64,000 nt of DNA, taken from Gammaproteobacteria bacterium (GTDB lineage: Bacteria; Pseudomonadota; Gammaproteobacteria; UBA4575). Positions within the stretch are counted from its first letter, which is position 1. Each line of letters begins with the position of its first letter. Of this stretch, positions 62,570 to 64,000 are shown one piece after another. The notes under the pieces are model-generated. The model was not told where the DNA came from. It worked only from the letters and a program-made list of their open reading frames with translations, and made no database searches. The stretch lies in contig CBDCUI010000007.1 in the NCBI GenBank assembly GCA_965222615.1, positions 1-64,000 on the forward strand, read 5' to 3'. A program made the position numbers and the translations under genes.

Positions 62570-63631
62570 TTGAAAATCTTAATTGTCGGCGCAGGACCAA
62601 CTGGTTTAACCGCTGCGGTTGAACTCGCACGGCATGGAATAATTGCGGAAGTTATCGACTGTAAAGACGAAGCTTCTACCCTATCTCGCGCAGTTGGAAT
62701 TATACCCAGAAGCTTAAACTTATTAGACCCATCGGGCGTAAGCAAAAGATTGTTGAATGAAGGGATCAAAATTCGTCAAGCAAAAGGTTATCTGGACAAT
62801 AAACTCACATTAACTTTACATATACAAGATGCCCATCCAGTCCATGATTACATACTCGCCTTGGCACAAGATCGCACAGAAGTAGCACTGCAAGATACAT
62901 TTATTAAATATGGTGGAACGGTACGATACAAAACAGCACTCAAAGAACTACAGCAAAATGATGCTTATGTTATTGCGCAAACAAAAGATGGCAACAAAGT
63001 AAAATACGATTATGTCATTGGTGCTGATGGAGTTCGCAGTACCACAAGAAAATCACTTGGTCTTGAATATTCAGGTTTTGAGTTACCTGAAACCTGGTCA
63101 ATTGCGGATGTAAATGCTAAGGACTGGCCCAATCCCGAGACTTTTACATTCTGTTTACTTTCAAATGGTCGTGTCGTTGTCGTTGTACCACTAGAACCTG
63201 ACCGCTATCGAATAATCTCAAATACCGAAAATGCCTTAGCCACTTTACCACTTGACCTTAATATAATTAACATTAAACGAGAGGGACAATTTAAGATTTC
63301 TATTCGCCAGGTTAACCAATATGGACTGGGGCATGTGTATTTAGCCGGTGATGCGGCCCATTGTCATTCTCCTGTTGGAGGTCGCGGTATGAATCTAGGC
63401 ATTGCAGATGCAGCAGAGCTTGCTCAGAGGATGGTAGATGGAACACTTTCTGGCTATAGTGAATCCAGACATGCTGAAGGCGCTAAAATAATTGCTGGGA
63501 GCGAACACGCCCGCAAATTTCTCACTTCAAAAAATTTTATTACACGGCTCATTACCAAATCAGGTTTTAGATTAATCAATGTATCGAGCACCTTACAAAG
63601 GCTTATCGCTAAAACATTACTTGGTAGTTAG
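62570..63631 (+). CDS. FAD-dependent monooxygenase (FAD_binding_3 type)
   Basis: GAGPTG, IGADGVRS, AGDAAHCHSPVGGRGMNLGIADA. Confidence 0.9.
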   Translation: MKILIVGAGPTGLTAAVELARHGIIAEVIDCKDEASTLSRAVGIIPRSLNLLDPSGVSKRLLNEGIKIRQAKGYLDNKLTLTLHIQDAHPVHDYILALAQDRTEVALQDTFIKYGGTVRYKTALKELQQNDAYVIAQTKDGNKVKYDYVIGADGVRSTTRKSLGLEYSGFELPETWSIADVNAKDWPNPETFTFCLLSNGRVVVVVPLEPDRYRIISNTENALATLPLDLNIINIKREGQFKISIRQVNQYGLGHVYLAGDAAHCHSPVGGRGMNLGIADAAELAQRMVDGTLSGYSESRHAEGAKIIAGSEHARKFLTSKNFITRLITKSGFRLINVSSTLQRLIAKTLLGS

Positions 63632-63711
63632 CTGTTTTTACTCCTAGCAAAGCAATAATGTAATAAATTTAAGATATAATTTTCGCTTAAATCTGCAACT
63701 GGAGAAAAAAT

Positions 63712-64000
63712 ATGTCTGATGTACGTGAAGCAAGCGGTACTTGCCTTTGTGGCAAAGTGCAAATATCTGTTAAATCCATGAGCACTCATGCTGGAGCATG
63801 TCACTGCGGCATGTGTAGAAAATGGACAGGTGGGCCATTAATGGCTGTTGAATGTGGCACTGATGTTACGTTTACCGGTGAAGAATACATAAAAGTTTAT
63901 AATTCTTCAGATTGGGCAGAACGTGGATTTTGTAGTGTTTGTGGAAGTCATCTTTTCTACAGACTAAAAGAAAATCATCTACATATTATGCCCGTTGGAA
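63712..64000 (+). CDS. GFA/CENP-V family Zn protein (partial, not in ORF track)
   Basis: Manual translation MSDVREASGTCLCGKV...ACHCGMCRKW...SSDWAERGFCSVCGSHLFYR; GGAG RBS. Confidence 0.9.
   Translation, partial: MSDVREASGTCLCGKVQISVKSMSTHAGACHCGMCRKWTGGPLMAVECGTDVTFTGEEYIKVYNSSDWAERGFCSVCGSHLFYRLKENHLHIMPVG

Noticed and set aside
63712-64000. GFA-family gene as part of the formaldehyde/C1 pathway
   Set aside because: Generic GFA/CENP-V type, 6.6 kb from the cluster with unrelated genes between and no linked frmA-like gene visible

Overview
AT-rich bacterial chromosomal window whose genes (Slt70, KdkA, GlnE, two-domain ArgA, TolC, PA2778/PA2779) suggest a gammaproteobacterium; this assignment is inferred from protein types only. 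In order it holds: slt interrupted by one in-frame TAG; bactofilin; ptrB; a complete IS481-family element inserted in a REP-like sequence; pdxH and msrA; two tandem CDF transporters; thiC with a TPP riboswitch; an oxidoreductase plus radical SAM pair; an LPS core/TolC region; hldE, ilvE and glnE; a Fur-boxed Fe3+ ABC transporter; two PA2779-like precursors with a C39-like/TPR lipoprotein; ilvD; a 12.4-kb C1-assimilation cluster (5-formyl-THF cyclo-ligase, stand-alone Ftr/FhcD, folD, sga, mcl, mtkAB, hpr, ppc, mtdA); argE and argA; and small genes. Five related palindromic MITE/RPE-like elements sit in intergenic spaces. No rRNA, tRNA or CRISPR array was seen. The best candidate for an undescribed system is the cyclo-ligase/Ftr/FolD module, which may move formyl groups from the methanofuran/H4MPT pathway to folate for the serine cycle without free formate. 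This is a hypothesis. All calls come from motif recognition without database searches.
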